This document shows, piece by piece, positions 12,776 through 26,640 of a stretch of DNA of 64,000 bases. The first letter of the stretch is position 1; every line of letters starts with the position of its first letter. The DNA lies in assembly GCA_964016885.1 (NCBI GenBank), contig OZ024746.1:81840001-81904000 (forward strand), in the 5' to 3' direction. The stretch comes from Eledone cirrhosa (taxonomy: Eukaryota). Below the pieces are notes generated by a model. That model made no database searches and had not been told where the DNA came from. It was given only the letters and a program-made list of their open reading frames with translations. The translations under genes were made by a program, and so were the position numbers.

Positions 12776-15149
12776 TCAACCACAAACCTGTCAGAGAACA
12801 ACCAATATTTTGGAGAGTTTACCCTCTTTGACCTGAAGCGCAGCAGAGCCTGGTTTAGTCGCAGGCTGCACTAGGTTGCCACTCAAGAATGTGTCGTTGC
12901 GTGTGGTAACCCAGACAAGGGGTTTACCACTGCGGAATGGGAAGAGAGCTAAAGAAGGGTTTGTGAATAACTATGAGCCCTCCCCAAAACCTCTCAGTCC
13001 TCTTGAGTCTTGAGGGAACTGCCAATCCCATGGATCCAGAAAACCAATTAGTGTATGACTATGTTTGGGCATGAATGAATGACCATATGGGTTTGCGTGT
13101 GTGTGTGTGTGTGTGTGTGCGTGTACAATTTGGAAAATATATTTATGCACAATTGAAAACTCCAAATGTGTATATAACTATGTTTGACAAGCAACAGTTG
13201 GACAGCAATGGATATGGTTGTATGTATAACTGCAGTCATGTTCATTGAAAAAAAAAAAAAAAGAAAAATGAAGGGGAAAAAACCATTGCACTACTTGTAT
13301 TTTATGAATTACAATTAGACTGTCTAATTAACATTTGGACACAATGAAATTATTGGTTGAGAGAGGAGGCGGGAGGGATGGAGAGATGTGGGGGCGGAGA
13401 GGAGAAAGTCAGAGCGAGAGTGGGGGAAGAGGGGTAGAAGAGAGTTGGGAGTTGGTTCAGTAAACAGGAAGAAAAAGGACACCACTGAAGCTGACCCATC
13501 ATTTAGGTCCTTCTCACTTTGGCATTACACAAAACACACACACATATATATGTGTGTGTTTGTGTGTGCACATATATATATGTGTGTGTTTGTGTGTGCA
13601 CATATATATATATATATTTAGTTGATAATGATGAGGAGACATTTGTAGATTGAAGGAAGCAAAATGATTTGATACCAGATATGATATATGAAATGCCAGT
13701 GCTTTTATTCTTTTTTTTCCAGGAAGGTCTTTGGAAAAAAAAAAAAAAAAAAGACATTATCAGCCCCACCTCCTAAGAGAAGGGAGTGGAAAAAGGAGAG
13801 GAAAGCACAGGGTGGAGGTTGGGGGAAAATACTAGTAACCATGGAACAAGTAGAATGAGGACAAGTACTTATATTTAGAGTGACAATTACATCCAAATCT
13901 AAATGTTCAGATTGAATGGCACATAAGCAATAATAATAATTGTTTCTAATTTTGACATAAGGCCAGCAATTTTAAGGGAGGTGGGGAAAGTCAATTATAT
14001 TGAAACCAGTACGAAACTGGTACTCTATTGTGTCAACCCCAGAAGGATGGAAAGCAAAGCTAACCTCAGTAGATTCAAACTCAGAAAGTAAAGGCCTGTA
14101 TCTATTCTGCAAAGCATGTTGTCCGATGCCCAACCCATACTGCCAATCCTCCATCGTCCTAGCAGCAACAACAATCTTACAATTTATTGAGGTATTCAGA
14201 TGATTTGATATTAGAAATTTTGAAATCCAAACAGAGATTTACAACAATGATCACAGTGTTAGAAAATAGGGTAAAATATCTTGGGACAGCAAATATGGGG
14301 CCAGCTATGTAACAAGTCTGTGTTTGGATTTCAAGATTTCTAATAATAATAATTGTTTCTACTTTGAGCACAAGGCCAACAATTACTCCAGTGCATTACT
14401 GGTACTTTATTTTACCGACCCTGTAAAGATGAAAGGCAAAGCTAACCTCAACAGGATTTGAACTCAGAACGTAAAGGGCTATAACTATGCTGCAAAGCAT
14501 GGTGTCTGACGCTCTACCGATACTACCAATTCATCATAATAATAATAATTGTTTCTACTTTTGGCACAAGGCCAGCAATTATCCAGTGCATTACTGGTAC
14601 CTTTATTTTATCGACCCCATAAGGATGAAAGGCAAAGTTAACCTCGGCGGGATTTGAACTCAGACTGTAAAGGGACGTAACTATGCTGGAAAGCATGGCG
14701 TCTGACCCTCTACCGATATTGCCAATTATTTCTAATTTAGGCATAAGTCCAGCAATAATAACAATAGTAATAATTATAATAACAATAGTGATGATAGTAA
14801 TGATAATAACAATATTGTTTTTTTTTATGATTGTTAAAGTTAATTTCTTACATAAGCACAAGGCTTTTGAAGTAATAATTAGTTACTTTATAACTATTAA
14901 CTACACACTAATATGTACTTGACTCCAGCTGCCATGATTATATTAAATTAATACATATATAAATAAAACATCAAAGAGACAAAGAGTAGAGAGAGAGAGG
15001 GGGAGTCGGTGAGGGAGACGGAGAGAGAGAGAGAGAGAGGGGGGGAGTCGGTGAGAGAGACGGTGAGAGAGAGAGAGGGAGGGAACAAGGTTGGAGAGTA
15101 TGTCTAAGGCAGCAGAAAAAAGAATAGACTCGACAATACTATTGGTTTC

Positions 15150-15555
15150 AAGGTGGTGCCATGTTGAAGATGATTGTGTTTCTAACTACTAACAGATGTT
15201 GAACAAGAAAGTTCCAGTTTAGAAGGAGACAAGACCAAATATAACAAAGAAGGATATCATTGTTTTTATATCTTATAGTAATAGCCGTTAGGTATGGCAT
15301 TGAGAGGTGTGGGCATTTTAAGAATTTTGAGAAAATCATGGACAAAACATAAGAGCAATGATGAAGTACTAAATATAGCAAAAACTAAGAAAAATTTGAC
15401 ACCACGTAAGAGAGAAAACTAAAATATTTAGGACATTTAATTAGAAGAAAAAACTTTAAAGAAACAATTCATAGAAAATAAAATTAATCAGAAGAGAGGA
15501 AGAAGAAAACCAAAAATTAATGAATAGGATAATACCAAGAATTGAACAGACTTGA
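15150..15555 (+). pseudogene. Decayed LINE (RTE-like) C-terminal fragment
   Basis: ILRKSWTKHKSNDEVL ... RKLKYLGHLIRR ... RGRRKPK. Confidence 0.65.
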
Positions 15556-16964
15556 CTTTTTTTTTATACCAACCTGGCCAAAATCAGTTCTGTTGCTATG
15601 AAACAAAACCACCTTTAGCATTTAAACTGGCCATAACCAGCCAGAATTCTTTAACCCCTTTCTGTTCAAACTGGCCGCTCATACTGACATTAAGGTACTG
15701 TTCTCAAAATAATTAATATCAAAATCTCATAGATTCACTATTAATTACAAATTACAATTAAAACTAAGTTGTTGAAAAATGTTCCAACTAAAATCCTTAA
15801 CCATTTTTGTTACCTGCATACCCAGCAATGTTAATGTTTACAAACTCAAACATATGAAAGTTTTGCAAATCTCCTTCCATTAGGTGCCATGGTGTAAGGT
15901 AGCACACAATTGTAGTTGGCCTTCATCTTACATGGTCAACTGGTTCCTCCAAAATAGCATATGTTCAAGACCTTATATAAAAAAGTGTTTATGTATGTTA
16001 ATATTTTAGGGGAGGCAAGTGGAATAGACCTCTGTTGGTTTCGATGATTAGTGTTTCAGACTGCACATGAAATTAATTCCAGGCACATAATTCTCAGGGA
16101 GATTCATCATGACACAGTGTGTGAAAAAGCAGGTCCTTTTTTTATTATAGGTATAATCCATCTGACAAGCTTCTAAACAGTTTCCCAATTTCACTCACAA
16201 GACATGAGTCGACCTGGGGCTATGGTAAATAAAACATGCTCAAGATACCATGTAGTAGAATTAAACCCAGAATTTAATGATAGTGAAGCGAACTTCTTAA
16301 CCATCTGGTCATGCCGCGTCCATAGTGAAAGCATAATGTCAGGTTCTCTGGAGGTTGAGAAAACTTGGGAAAAGAATGACAGTGGTTAAGGTTAGAGTTT
16401 TCTCCCACATAATATGTGATGTGATCTCATTGCTTTCCCTCACATAATTATTTCTAATTAGCTTCTTTGATAGTGTCGGCATTAAATATGTCAACTATAT
16501 CTATTGATTTCAGTTTAGGCACAAAGCCAGCTAATTTGGCGGGAGGGTAAAGTTGATTAAATTAACCCCAGTACTTGACTTTTACTTTTATTCTATCAAA
16601 CCAGAAGAATGAAAAACAAAGTTGACCTGGGCAGGATTTGAACTCAGAATGTAAAGAGGCAAAACAAAGACCTCAATGGCATTTTATCTGAAGCTCTACC
16701 AGTACTGCTAATCCACTGCCTAATTATATATTGAGGATAGCAAAGCAGCATAATATATTAATCAAGGATTAAAAAATTTAATATTTAATTAAACATACAG
16801 AAAAAGAAGGCAGCTTTGGAAAAGACTATAAATGTAATAAATGAGAGAATGTAATAAATGAGAGAATGTAATAAATGAGGAGTGTAGAAACTATTAAAGC
16901 AATGAAAGAAAGAAAGAGGGAAGGGAGACTCTATACCTAGGTCAGAGCAGTGTCTTGGCTGCGC

Positions 16965-17560
16965 CCTCACAGATGAAATGGCAAAGACATTTCCAGACAA
17001 TGGCCAGCGATACTCACTGCAACAGCCATACCACCTCACAAGGCTCCTTCCGCAGATGGGCTGCTCTCATTCCGATTTTATGGAGGATGTCAGTTGTATG
17101 GGGCCCAAGGATGCCTGAGGTCTCAAAGGTAACTGGTGCAAAGAGGAAGCAGAGGGACAAGCCCCGGTATTTGCTTGTCTTTCTGTCCTCTTCATTGCAG
17201 GTTGCGGTACTGTGGTTTGTTGTCGAAGCAACGAAGTTGGAGGCAGAGACTGTGTCACATCATGTCACATCCCAGATGAGGGATTTACTTCCTTTGAATG
17301 GGAAGAGGGCAATTCCATTGGGGCACTTGCCATCTCCACGGTCAAGGCCTGCTGGCTCACATAGTGATGGGAAGCCAGTTGCATCTAGGTTCCTTCTCAT
17401 TATGTCATTGAGAGCAGCATGTCAGGTGAATTGGCCTGCACTCTGGCAGCATGACAGTGGATGCAGGCTGAAGTCGTCAATGACAGCTTCAAAAAGGCAT
17501 TTGTGTGGCTCACACATGTAGAGGCCGATGTGAGTGCACTCATCATTAAGAAGGGTAATT
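16965..17560 (-). pseudogene. Relic of a CRE-clade non-LTR retrotransposon (Zn-knuckle + restriction-like endonuclease)
   Basis: HPLSC...HAALNDIMRR...EPAGLDRGDGKCPNG...LIWDVT...FAPVTFETSGILGP...QRVSLAI, with stops and frameshifts. Confidence 0.75.
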
Positions 17561-19149
17561 CTATTCACATCTTGAGCAAGACACTTTATTTCACATTGCT
17601 CTAGTTTACTCAGCTGTAGAAATGAGATGATAGGGACTGGGGTCCCTATCATTCCACTGCGAAGTGGTTGTGGAGGAGCCACTACAAAAAAGCACCCAGC
17701 ACTCACTGTAAATGAGGTTGGTGTTAGGAAGGGCATCCCGCTGTAGAAATCAAGCCAGAATCAGTTCCCGTCCCACCCTTGCAAGCAGGGAAAAGCGGAT
17801 GTAAAAAATGATGATGATGATGATGATGAATATTAAGTGGGAGAAGAGTTGTGATGAGTGATATGAAATATTACAAAGGGCTCAGTTACCAGTACAAGCT
17901 CTGTGACACTAAATGTGTAGGAAATCGAATGGAAACAATATGGGGTTTGAGAAGACTCTTCCGTTTGGACAAGCATGTGACAACCTCTCTAGTGCTATTG
18001 TCACAATAAAATGCACCCAATGCACTCTGTATAGTGGTAGTGGTGGTGCAACAAAACAGACACTCAGTACAGCCTGTAAGGTGGTTAGGAAAGGATTTCA
18101 GCTGCAGAAACCATGCTAAATATGGAACATTATGAGCAAGATGAAGTCTCTCTAACGCATGATAATCTATCCAACTCATACCAGAAAGGAGAGCAGATGT
18201 AAAATTACTTACTAATAAATATCCCTTCTCTTATATATTTTTGATGAATAAATGGATTCTTAACTTATTGTTCTTGATTAAGTACATACTGTCACTGAAG
18301 CTACGTTGGGTTCTCATTCTACCAGAGTTCCAGCTTCTGTAAATGTAGTGTGACCTGCTCCAATCTAGCTACTTCCAAATTAATATTACACCCCTACGCT
18401 CTTTTATATTCTTCTGTCTTTGTAATGTTAGTTTTGTTTTGTTTGTTTGTTTTTTGTTTCAACAAAAAGAGAGATATAGCTACAAAATTGAGTAGAAATT
18501 GATAGACTGCTAATTGTCACAATTAGTTCACCAGAACTGGGATAGGAGTTATATACTACCAAATCATCAAAAATAGTAAATAAATAGATATATAAAAAGA
18601 AGCTACAATGACCCTAGAAGGTTAGCAGTCAAAATAAAAGAGTGAAAATGAAATACTGTTTCCTATTTTATAAACTTGACACTTAAGAATTCTAAAAAAA
18701 AGAAAGAGTAAACAATCAAAGGTGAAGAACAAGCAAAACTTTGTTGCTCAAGTAGAAGTAGTATCTTGATACAAATTAACTATTTAGGCCAGCAGTTTTT
18801 GGAGATGGTTGCTTCTGACAGGATCCTCTGGAAGGTGTGTCCAAAATAAATAGCCTTATGATCAATTATTTAAAAAAATTAGTAAAATTTACTGGACTGT
18901 TGATTGAAGATCTTTTGGTGCCATTGTTAGTAAAAAAACATGGACGTCTTCCTCATTCCCAACATAAATACAATAACCAATAGCTAGGGACCTCACAAAA
19001 ACAATGCACCAAAATATATGACCAGAGCAAGAGAGGAAAAAAAAAGAGGGGGGGGGGGCAAAAACAAAAACGACCATCAATTCACCACCAAGTGCGACAA
19101 TGGATCGCACATCATAAGGGTCAATGGAATATTTTGAGGCAAGCCAATA

Positions 19150-19475
19150 CACTCACAACATTACCACGAGTGATGGCGAGGCTAAGTAAGGTGAGCCACC
19201 AGTGATGACAAGAACTTCACTGTCATTAGCCCAACTCCACCAAACATCTCGAATGCCACAGGCATGATTAGATAATCCAGGTATTTCTGAATTTTATTCC
19301 GTTTGGCAACAAAAGCAGTGACACCCACATTTAGTGCAGCGTCCATGATGTGGGAGGAAGCAAAAGAGTCACTGACTGTGACGTCCCAGATGAGACACCT
19401 ACTTCTCACCCACTTACAAAGGGTAAATCTGTCTAGTCTCTTCCCATCACTTCTGGATAATCCAGCTGACTCCAG
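19150..19475 (-). pseudogene. Second CRE-clade relic
   Basis: RCLIWDVTVSDSFA...MPVAFEMFGGVG. Confidence 0.7.
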
Positions 19476-20115
19476 AACATATTATATATAAATATAGTAA
19501 AATAAAAAAATATATATTTGTTTATACATAGTAAATATCATAATTTATTATATATAAATTAATGATTTTATTTATTGTATATTATTTACAATTTGCAGGT
19601 CTCTCTAGATATAGGGGTGGCAGGCGCTGATGTATTACATGGCTGAAACTTGTATGGGTTTATCATATATTGTAAGATGTAGAGGTTGATTATTCTTATC
19701 TGTTGACATACATTTAGTTTTGGAGACATTTACAAGTAGCCCAATTTCTGTTAAACCAGCTAAATGAATCATTCTACACCATAGTTCTACTTTGGCAGAG
19801 TTATCTCAGGTTCATCAAACACAACAGCAACTTGCAGTAGTTAAATGAGTACCAAGGATAGTTTAGTTGAGTAAATAGAAAGCTTATGAACTCACTGGAA
19901 CATTGACAGGGTACTGTATGTAGCTTATCTCCCTTTATCTATAATCAAAAAATATCACAAAGACTAAGAAGAATATAATAATGCTATATAACTGTAATTA
20001 AGACAAACAGTTTGTGCAATATTTTGAATAAACTGACATTTAGAAATATATTTTCTAATATTGAAAGACTAAAATAAATAAACAAATATATTTTTTTTTT
20101 ACTACAGCGGTGTAT

Positions 20116-20123
20116 GTGTATAT

Positions 20124-20172
<49 letters not shown>

Positions 20173-20200
20173 TACACACACACATATATATTTATACTTT

Positions 20201-20276
<76 letters not shown>

Positions 20277-20361
20277 CATATACACACAAAAGTATAAATA
20301 TGTATGTGTGTGTGTATATATATGTATATATATATACACACACACATACATATTTATACTT

Positions 20362-20392
<31 letters not shown>
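20116..20392. repeat. Compound (AC)n/(AT)n microsatellite with a duplicated internal module
   Basis: Direct inspection; atatttatactttt recurs in direct and inverted orientation. Confidence 0.9.
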
Positions 20393-20394
<2 letters not shown>

Positions 20395-20868
20395 GAGAGA
20401 GGGGTAGGGGAGAGTGTGGGAGAAAGAAAAGAAGGGTGGGATGGAGGTATATATTAATCTTGTAGATAATCGCAGTGATTTGCATGTCTGGCAAGTTAGA
20501 GTTGCCAACAAAAACACCACGACGCCCTGTTAGAAATCAAGAAAATTCTGCAATAGTTTACTGTCTACCTTTCAAGTACCCCTACGAAGTTGTGAAGGTG
20601 GTAGTGGAGATGGGTGGTAGTCTGAAAATGATGGAAATATAAATAAATATGTGGACCAACTTTGGCTGTTTTTCTTTAGCCTAAAGCTAATTTAACTTGT
20701 GGATACTGTCTGTTGAACTAACTACAGCGGCTCAAGCCTGTAAAATATCAAACTGAAGTTACGTGAATGAGTAAAACAAAAATTAAACGATTAAGAGGGA
20801 ACCAGAATGCTTGAAATTTGTAATGGAAGTGGAGAAATAGGAAATTGTGACACTTTCATTTTTCTTAA

Positions 20869-21203
20869 TCATCATTTCATTTTACGTCCGCTTTTTCCCT
20901 GCTTGCAAGGGTGGGACGGGAACTGATTCTGGCTTGATTTCTACAGCTGGATGCCCTTCCTAACACCAACCTCATTTACAGTGAGTGCTGGGTGCTTTTT
21001 TGCTGTGGCACCTCCACGACCACTTTGCAGTGGAATAATAGGCACCCCAGTCCCTATCATCTCATTTCTACAGCTGAGTAAACTGGAGCAATGTGAAATA
21101 AATTGTCTTGCTCAAGGAAACAACACATAACCTGGTCTGAGAATTGAACTCACAACCTTTCGATTGCAAGGCCAATGATCTAACCACTAAGCCATGTGCC
21201 TCC
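20869..21203 (-). mobile_element. SINE family B, full length; partial copies at 21220-21360, 1280-1480, 17575-17828 and 48911-49030
   Basis: tRNA-like head, core and (ATG)n-like tail on the reverse strand. Confidence 0.85.
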
Positions 21204-22539
21204 ATTAATAAAAATATATCATCATCATTCATCATTTCATTTTTCGTCCGCTTTTTCCCTGCTTGCAAGGGTGGGACTGGAACTGATTCTGGCTTGATTT
21301 CTACAGCTGGATGCCCTTCCTAACACCAACCTCATTTACAGTGAGTGCTGGGTGCTTTTTTTTGGTTTCAAATCCACTGTAGGTGTGTGCTGTTGTATTT
21401 TAAAGCAAAACTTTAAGTTTCACATTGCATCAGTTGAGCTCCAAGAGATTGGTTAAAATGTTGATCTGACATGAAGAATTCAATCACAACAGCTGATATG
21501 ATCAGATTTATGGCAGGTAAGGTAAATGGGCCCATACCTCCTGATAGAGTCATCAGGGAACATCATTCTATCTTGGCTATTTCAGTCATGGTGGAGCCCA
21601 TCTCTCTCCAAGTTGGAACACAGCTGATTTATTCCAGGGAAAGAAAGGAAGACACAGAAATCAAGAGAAAGATTCAATCCTAGTACTGGACTCTGGTACT
21701 TTATTTATCAACCTTGAAAGGATGAAAGGCAAAACTGACATCGCCAGGATTTGAACTCAAAGCACAGTGAAGTGAAACATATACCAAGGCATTTAATTTG
21801 ATGCCCTAACTCTGACAATTTGTTACCTTAGATTTATGGTAATGCCATCCATATGAAAAATAATCTAAATAAGCAATGAGAAAAATAATTGTTTCTACTT
21901 TTGGCACAAGTCTAGCAATTACTCCAGTGCATTACTGGTGCTTTATTTTATCGATCCTGTAAAGATGAAAAGCAAAGTTAAACTAGGCGGGATTTGAACT
22001 CAGAATGTAAAGGGCCATAACTCTAGTCTGAAGCTCTACCAATATTGCCAAAAAGTAATAAACAAGTATGGCTGTGTGCTTGAGAAGTTTGCTTTGTATC
22101 CACATGGTCACAGGTTTGATTCCACTGCATATTAACAAGGTCACGTCTTCTACAGCTTTGAACTGATTGATGCCTTAAGAATGAGAATTTGTAGACGGAA
22201 ACTATGTAGAAGCCCATTGTGTGTGTAAGTGCTAGTCTTCGCATGTATCTTGACATTGACACTATTTTAAAAGACAATGGAATAAGTAGCATACTTATAA
22301 GTAAGAGTTGGTGCCAGAGAGGGCATCTGACTGTAGAAAACTGCCTCAAATGAGTCTTTTCCAACCCATTTCAGCAAAGAAAAGAAAAAATATAAACGAT
22401 GAATAATAATATACTTCACCGATGAAGCCAGAAAATGCAGAAACATGTTCAGAACTATCTCTTCTATTTGTCAGAAAAATTAAGAATAATATTGGTCAGA
22501 GACTAACAGATAAAAGTCAGTCAGAGTATGTGACAGAAT

Positions 22540-22780
22540 AATTAAGTTTAGATTAATTACAGGTAACATAAGAGCTATAGTGATCTCTATATGCATCACA
22601 ATCAGGACGGACAGATGAATGAAAGGACTTTTTCTATGAGGTCTTCTTGCAAACTACTTTGATAACAAGCTCATTATCATGGCTAGTTACTTTAATAAGA
22701 CATATCGAGCAACACTGCTATGGTTATGGTATACAGAATGTAAATAAGTCAAGGTTCTTGGAGTTCTGTGACACAAATTG
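22540..22780 (+). pseudogene. Decayed apurinic-endonuclease fragment of an RTE LINE
   Basis: ISIYASQSGRTDE..KDFFYE...LIIM...FNRHI...YGYG. Confidence 0.55.
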
Positions 22781-24497
22781 TTAAGATAGGAATGAGGCAA
22801 GATGGTGGAGCTATCATTCATGTTATCAGTTGTGCTTGCATTGGTGCCCCTTAACTGCTAGAGAATATATACATTCATATATACAATTTTTAGCAGTTAA
22901 GGGAGACAAATACAGAAGTACTTAGCAAAAAATATACCTGGCATTCATTGACCAGGGTAAGGCCTATGATAGGGTACTAAGCATTGTAGGCTGATAGCAG
23001 CTAAAAGACACACTTAACAGAAATAACACTTATTCACTAAACTGAAATGTGGCACCCCTAATTGTGGAGTTTTCCATGAGAAATGGGAAAATTGAGACTA
23101 TAATAGAGCTAAATTTCCCCCTGAGACTACATTTGGGGGAGTCAATTAAATGTCATACCCTTGCGCTGTTTTAGTAGAGCCAGTTAAATTTTAATAATAT
23201 TATGCTTAGTTAAATTCGCATCAAGGTTTTCGTTGGTTTCCCCTATCTCAAATATGCAATTTTCAACTTAATGAGATTGTTTACTCAGTATACTCAGCTA
23301 GTCAAGTCAACTGAGATGGATATAATGATAGTTACAATACCTAAAAGAAGAAGAACAGTAATGCTAGTAAAATTTTAATATTTATATTGAGCAACTTCTC
23401 TTATTAAACAATAGAATAAAATGGCTTTATGAAGTTAAGGTTAATTATCACTATAAAAGATGGTCTATATTAAATCAACATAACTATTGTAGGGTAAGGT
23501 GATAGCAAAGAGGATGAAAAACCATCATAAGAACAGCCAAATGTTGTAATAAGCCTACTTCAGATAGAGTTACAGAGTTATCTTGACCGACAAATAACAT
23601 ACAGTTACACACAATTTCACTTAGTGGTCAATTTGTGTACATTATTTTTGCCTACTAGTTTTCACTGAGAGTTATGTAAAACATGATAGATAGGTGTGCT
23701 ATTACATGTCTTCAGCTGCCAGGCATGATGAGGTAATACTCAATCTATGTATTTAGATGTCCCTCTGGACATTCAACAAGATCCTAGTGACAGAAAAAAC
23801 AGAACAGCAGCAGCACTTATTAACACTTCAGAGATATTTAGAGATCCCCTTTGATTGACTAGATTTCTCAGAAATAGAACACTTGATGAAATTACCTTCA
23901 AATACTTAGTTTCATCCTTACATGTGGTTCAAATTTGTCTTTCATCCCTGTAGAGCCAATATGAAATAAATACCAAATCTGTGGATCAACTCAAATATAT
24001 CTTTCCTTTATAAATTTGTGGTTTTGCACCAATTTCAGAAGAAATGTAATTTTCAATCACAGCATCGAGACAATATTGAAGTTTGAGGACAGTGCATTAC
24101 CAAACTACTATATATATTTGGAGATAAGTCCCAACTTTTTGCTAGAAAAAACTGAAAAAAAAAAGCCTCACAGGAAACTGATCTGCCAAACCTTATTCTA
24201 AGCTTGAAATTTTCAGCATACACAGACACATAAAATGATTGACTATGTAGGGTGGATTACTACTCTCTATGAATATACACTTGTAAGCATATATATTTTG
24301 ATGAAAGGCATGAAAACAAAAATGTATTCTTAAATAGAATCTGATTCTGCTATAAAATATACATGTCTTTGATGACATGTAGTATCATTAATTTGTATAT
24401 ACCCACCTTCAATGTGCATAAAACATATACAGTTTTTTATTGACTGGTTGTAATCCTAATGCTCTTTAGATGCTGCATATATTGTCATTCAATTTAA

Positions 24498-24706
24498 CCT
24501 TTTAGCATTTAAATTGCCCATATCTAGCCAGAATTCTCTTACCTCTTTCTATCCATAACTGGCCACTCATACCGACATTAAGGTATTGTTCTCAAAATAA
24601 ATATCAAAATCTTGAAGATTCAATATTATGTGAGATAATTATGTAAGATAAAGCCTTTACCGTGAAAATACAATAGTAAATATAGAATAATGTGAATGCT
24701 ATAGGG
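24498..24706. mobile_element. TTAA-type MITE, older copy of the 33099 family
   Basis: ttaa|ccttttagcatt ... aatgctataggg|tcaa; internal similarity to 33099-33319; partial copy at ~15610-15740. Confidence 0.7.
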
Positions 24707-26329
24707 TCAAAGGCAGTGGTCAATCTGTTCATTCCATGCATAGATCATAACATCATATTACTACAATATCTAGGACTTTGCCAGACTGTATTGGCAATGA
24801 TTAGGATTATTTCAGTTATATGGTTTTTATTCCATTTAAATCTGACCTCCAGCAAAGCTGCATATAGTATTTACAAAAAGCAACATGGATTATGTACAGG
24901 TTAAAAGCTGAAGCCAAAATATTATAAACACAAAGAAAATGTGATTTATCTAATGCTGTAAATTATGTATAAGTATATATAGTACCTCCAATTATATAAC
25001 AGCTGAATAGCAAATGAAATAAAAAGAAACAATTTGACACTGAAGGAATACCAAACAGTTAGGTCATACACATCATCAGCAACAGTATTCCTTAAGCAAA
25101 TATAAGTAATGCACACATTTTCTTTGCCTAAATCTTATGATTGCACCCAAGATAAGTAGAGGCTAACAGATTGTATATCTATTAAGGAACTCATTGATAT
25201 AAAAGAGAAGTGTTGTTAATTAGAACCTAATTTGGTTAAAACAATGGGATTGTAAATCAATATGACTACTAATTAACCAATCTTGTTAATTAATGTAATG
25301 TTTATCCATTTTTCATTGTATTTGTATATGGAGACAACTGAATTACACTGAACTGAAATACCTATATAATTTTCCAGTTCACATGGACCAAGAAAGGACT
25401 GCTTATTTCAACCTGTTAATGTATTAGCAAAATATCAAATGTTCCAAATTGTAATCATTGAGGCATGGAGGCAGAGGCAGGGCATAGCTAGTACATGACT
25501 AAAGGGGCAATAGCTGGAATATTAACCAAACTGAGCATGCTAGATTTGAAGAGCAGGTCAATGACTAATAAGTAAAGCACTAGTTAGAATTGTATAACTT
25601 TAATACTTAGGTTACAATGCCCTAAATGTGCAGAGGAGGCAAAATGAGATTGTGTATTGTTCATGCCCTTCTCAGGGATACAGTGAAACATAAGTGATGA
25701 AATGATTACAGCAAAAAGTTGAAATTAGGTGAATAACTTGGTTAAGAGGAAGCTTTCTTCTAACAAATTTGCTGAATAACTAAAAGTTCAGTATTTAAAA
25801 CTTGTTAAAGTCAAATTATTCCTCTCATGGATCAGTATCATGAGAGGTTGTGAACTAGCCATATATATATATATATATTTACTCCACACAAGTTGTAAAA
25901 TATTTAAAATATATTTTGCTTCATAAGGCAAAAGGCCATTTTTCTATGAATGAAGAGGGTGTAATTTGGTTTGGTCATGCACCCTGCCACCCTTGAGATT
26001 AAATCATCAATGATACAGTTGTACTTGAACCACTCCCTGAATGACATATACAGCAAGATGAACATTAAAAAATGTGGCTTTGCATGATCAAATCAGATGT
26101 TGAGCTAATATTTGGTCCTCACATCTATGGTGTCTACTATTTGTATCATGACTGGTTGACAATATCTGAGTCAAACATCTGAAACCACCATGCAATAGTG
26201 ACCACTGTTTGCAATGCTGTAGATACACTGGTAGGAGTCGGCATACCTAATTCTGGGTGAATGCCAACCCAAGTAGAAATACTCATGAAAAGTTGGATAT
26301 TACATCACTAAACAGCTGCTTAAACAAAC

Positions 26330-26640
26330 CACAGTGCGTTTATACTTAAGCAGAGAATCTTTGCAGGAGATGGAAAGCTGGACAGAAAAATAGAGACTAG
26401 AGTTCAGAAGACAAATTCAGCTATCAACTAGCACCTGTCCTGAAGCACCAAAGCATACTTACGGAGAAAAATAGACTGATCAACTTAATCCTTACTCTTA
26501 CATAACTGTGCCAGACCTGGATTCTGAACAAACTCTAGGAGCAAAAACTGACCTGTGAGGTGAGATGTTTCCAATAAGCAGCTGGTAAAATCAGAAGAGA
26601 TCAGGTAAAAAATAAACACATTAGGCAGATGTTGGTGCTA
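26330..26640 (+). pseudogene. Decayed RTE-like LINE RT C-terminal fragment
   Basis: FIYLS..IFAGDGKLDRKIETRVQK...CQTW...RRDQVKNKHIRQ. Confidence 0.6.

Noticed and set aside
16955-17521. 188-aa plus-strand ORF
   Set aside because: Antisense shadow of the CRE relic
22414-22456. Hammerhead-like CCGATGA...GAAACATGTT
   Set aside because: U4C core, 2-bp stem II and a mismatched stem I; too degenerate
25035-25062. Minus-strand LFGIPS resembling the PUDP C-terminus (LFGLPS)
   Set aside because: Immediately preceded by an in-frame stop, with no further similarity
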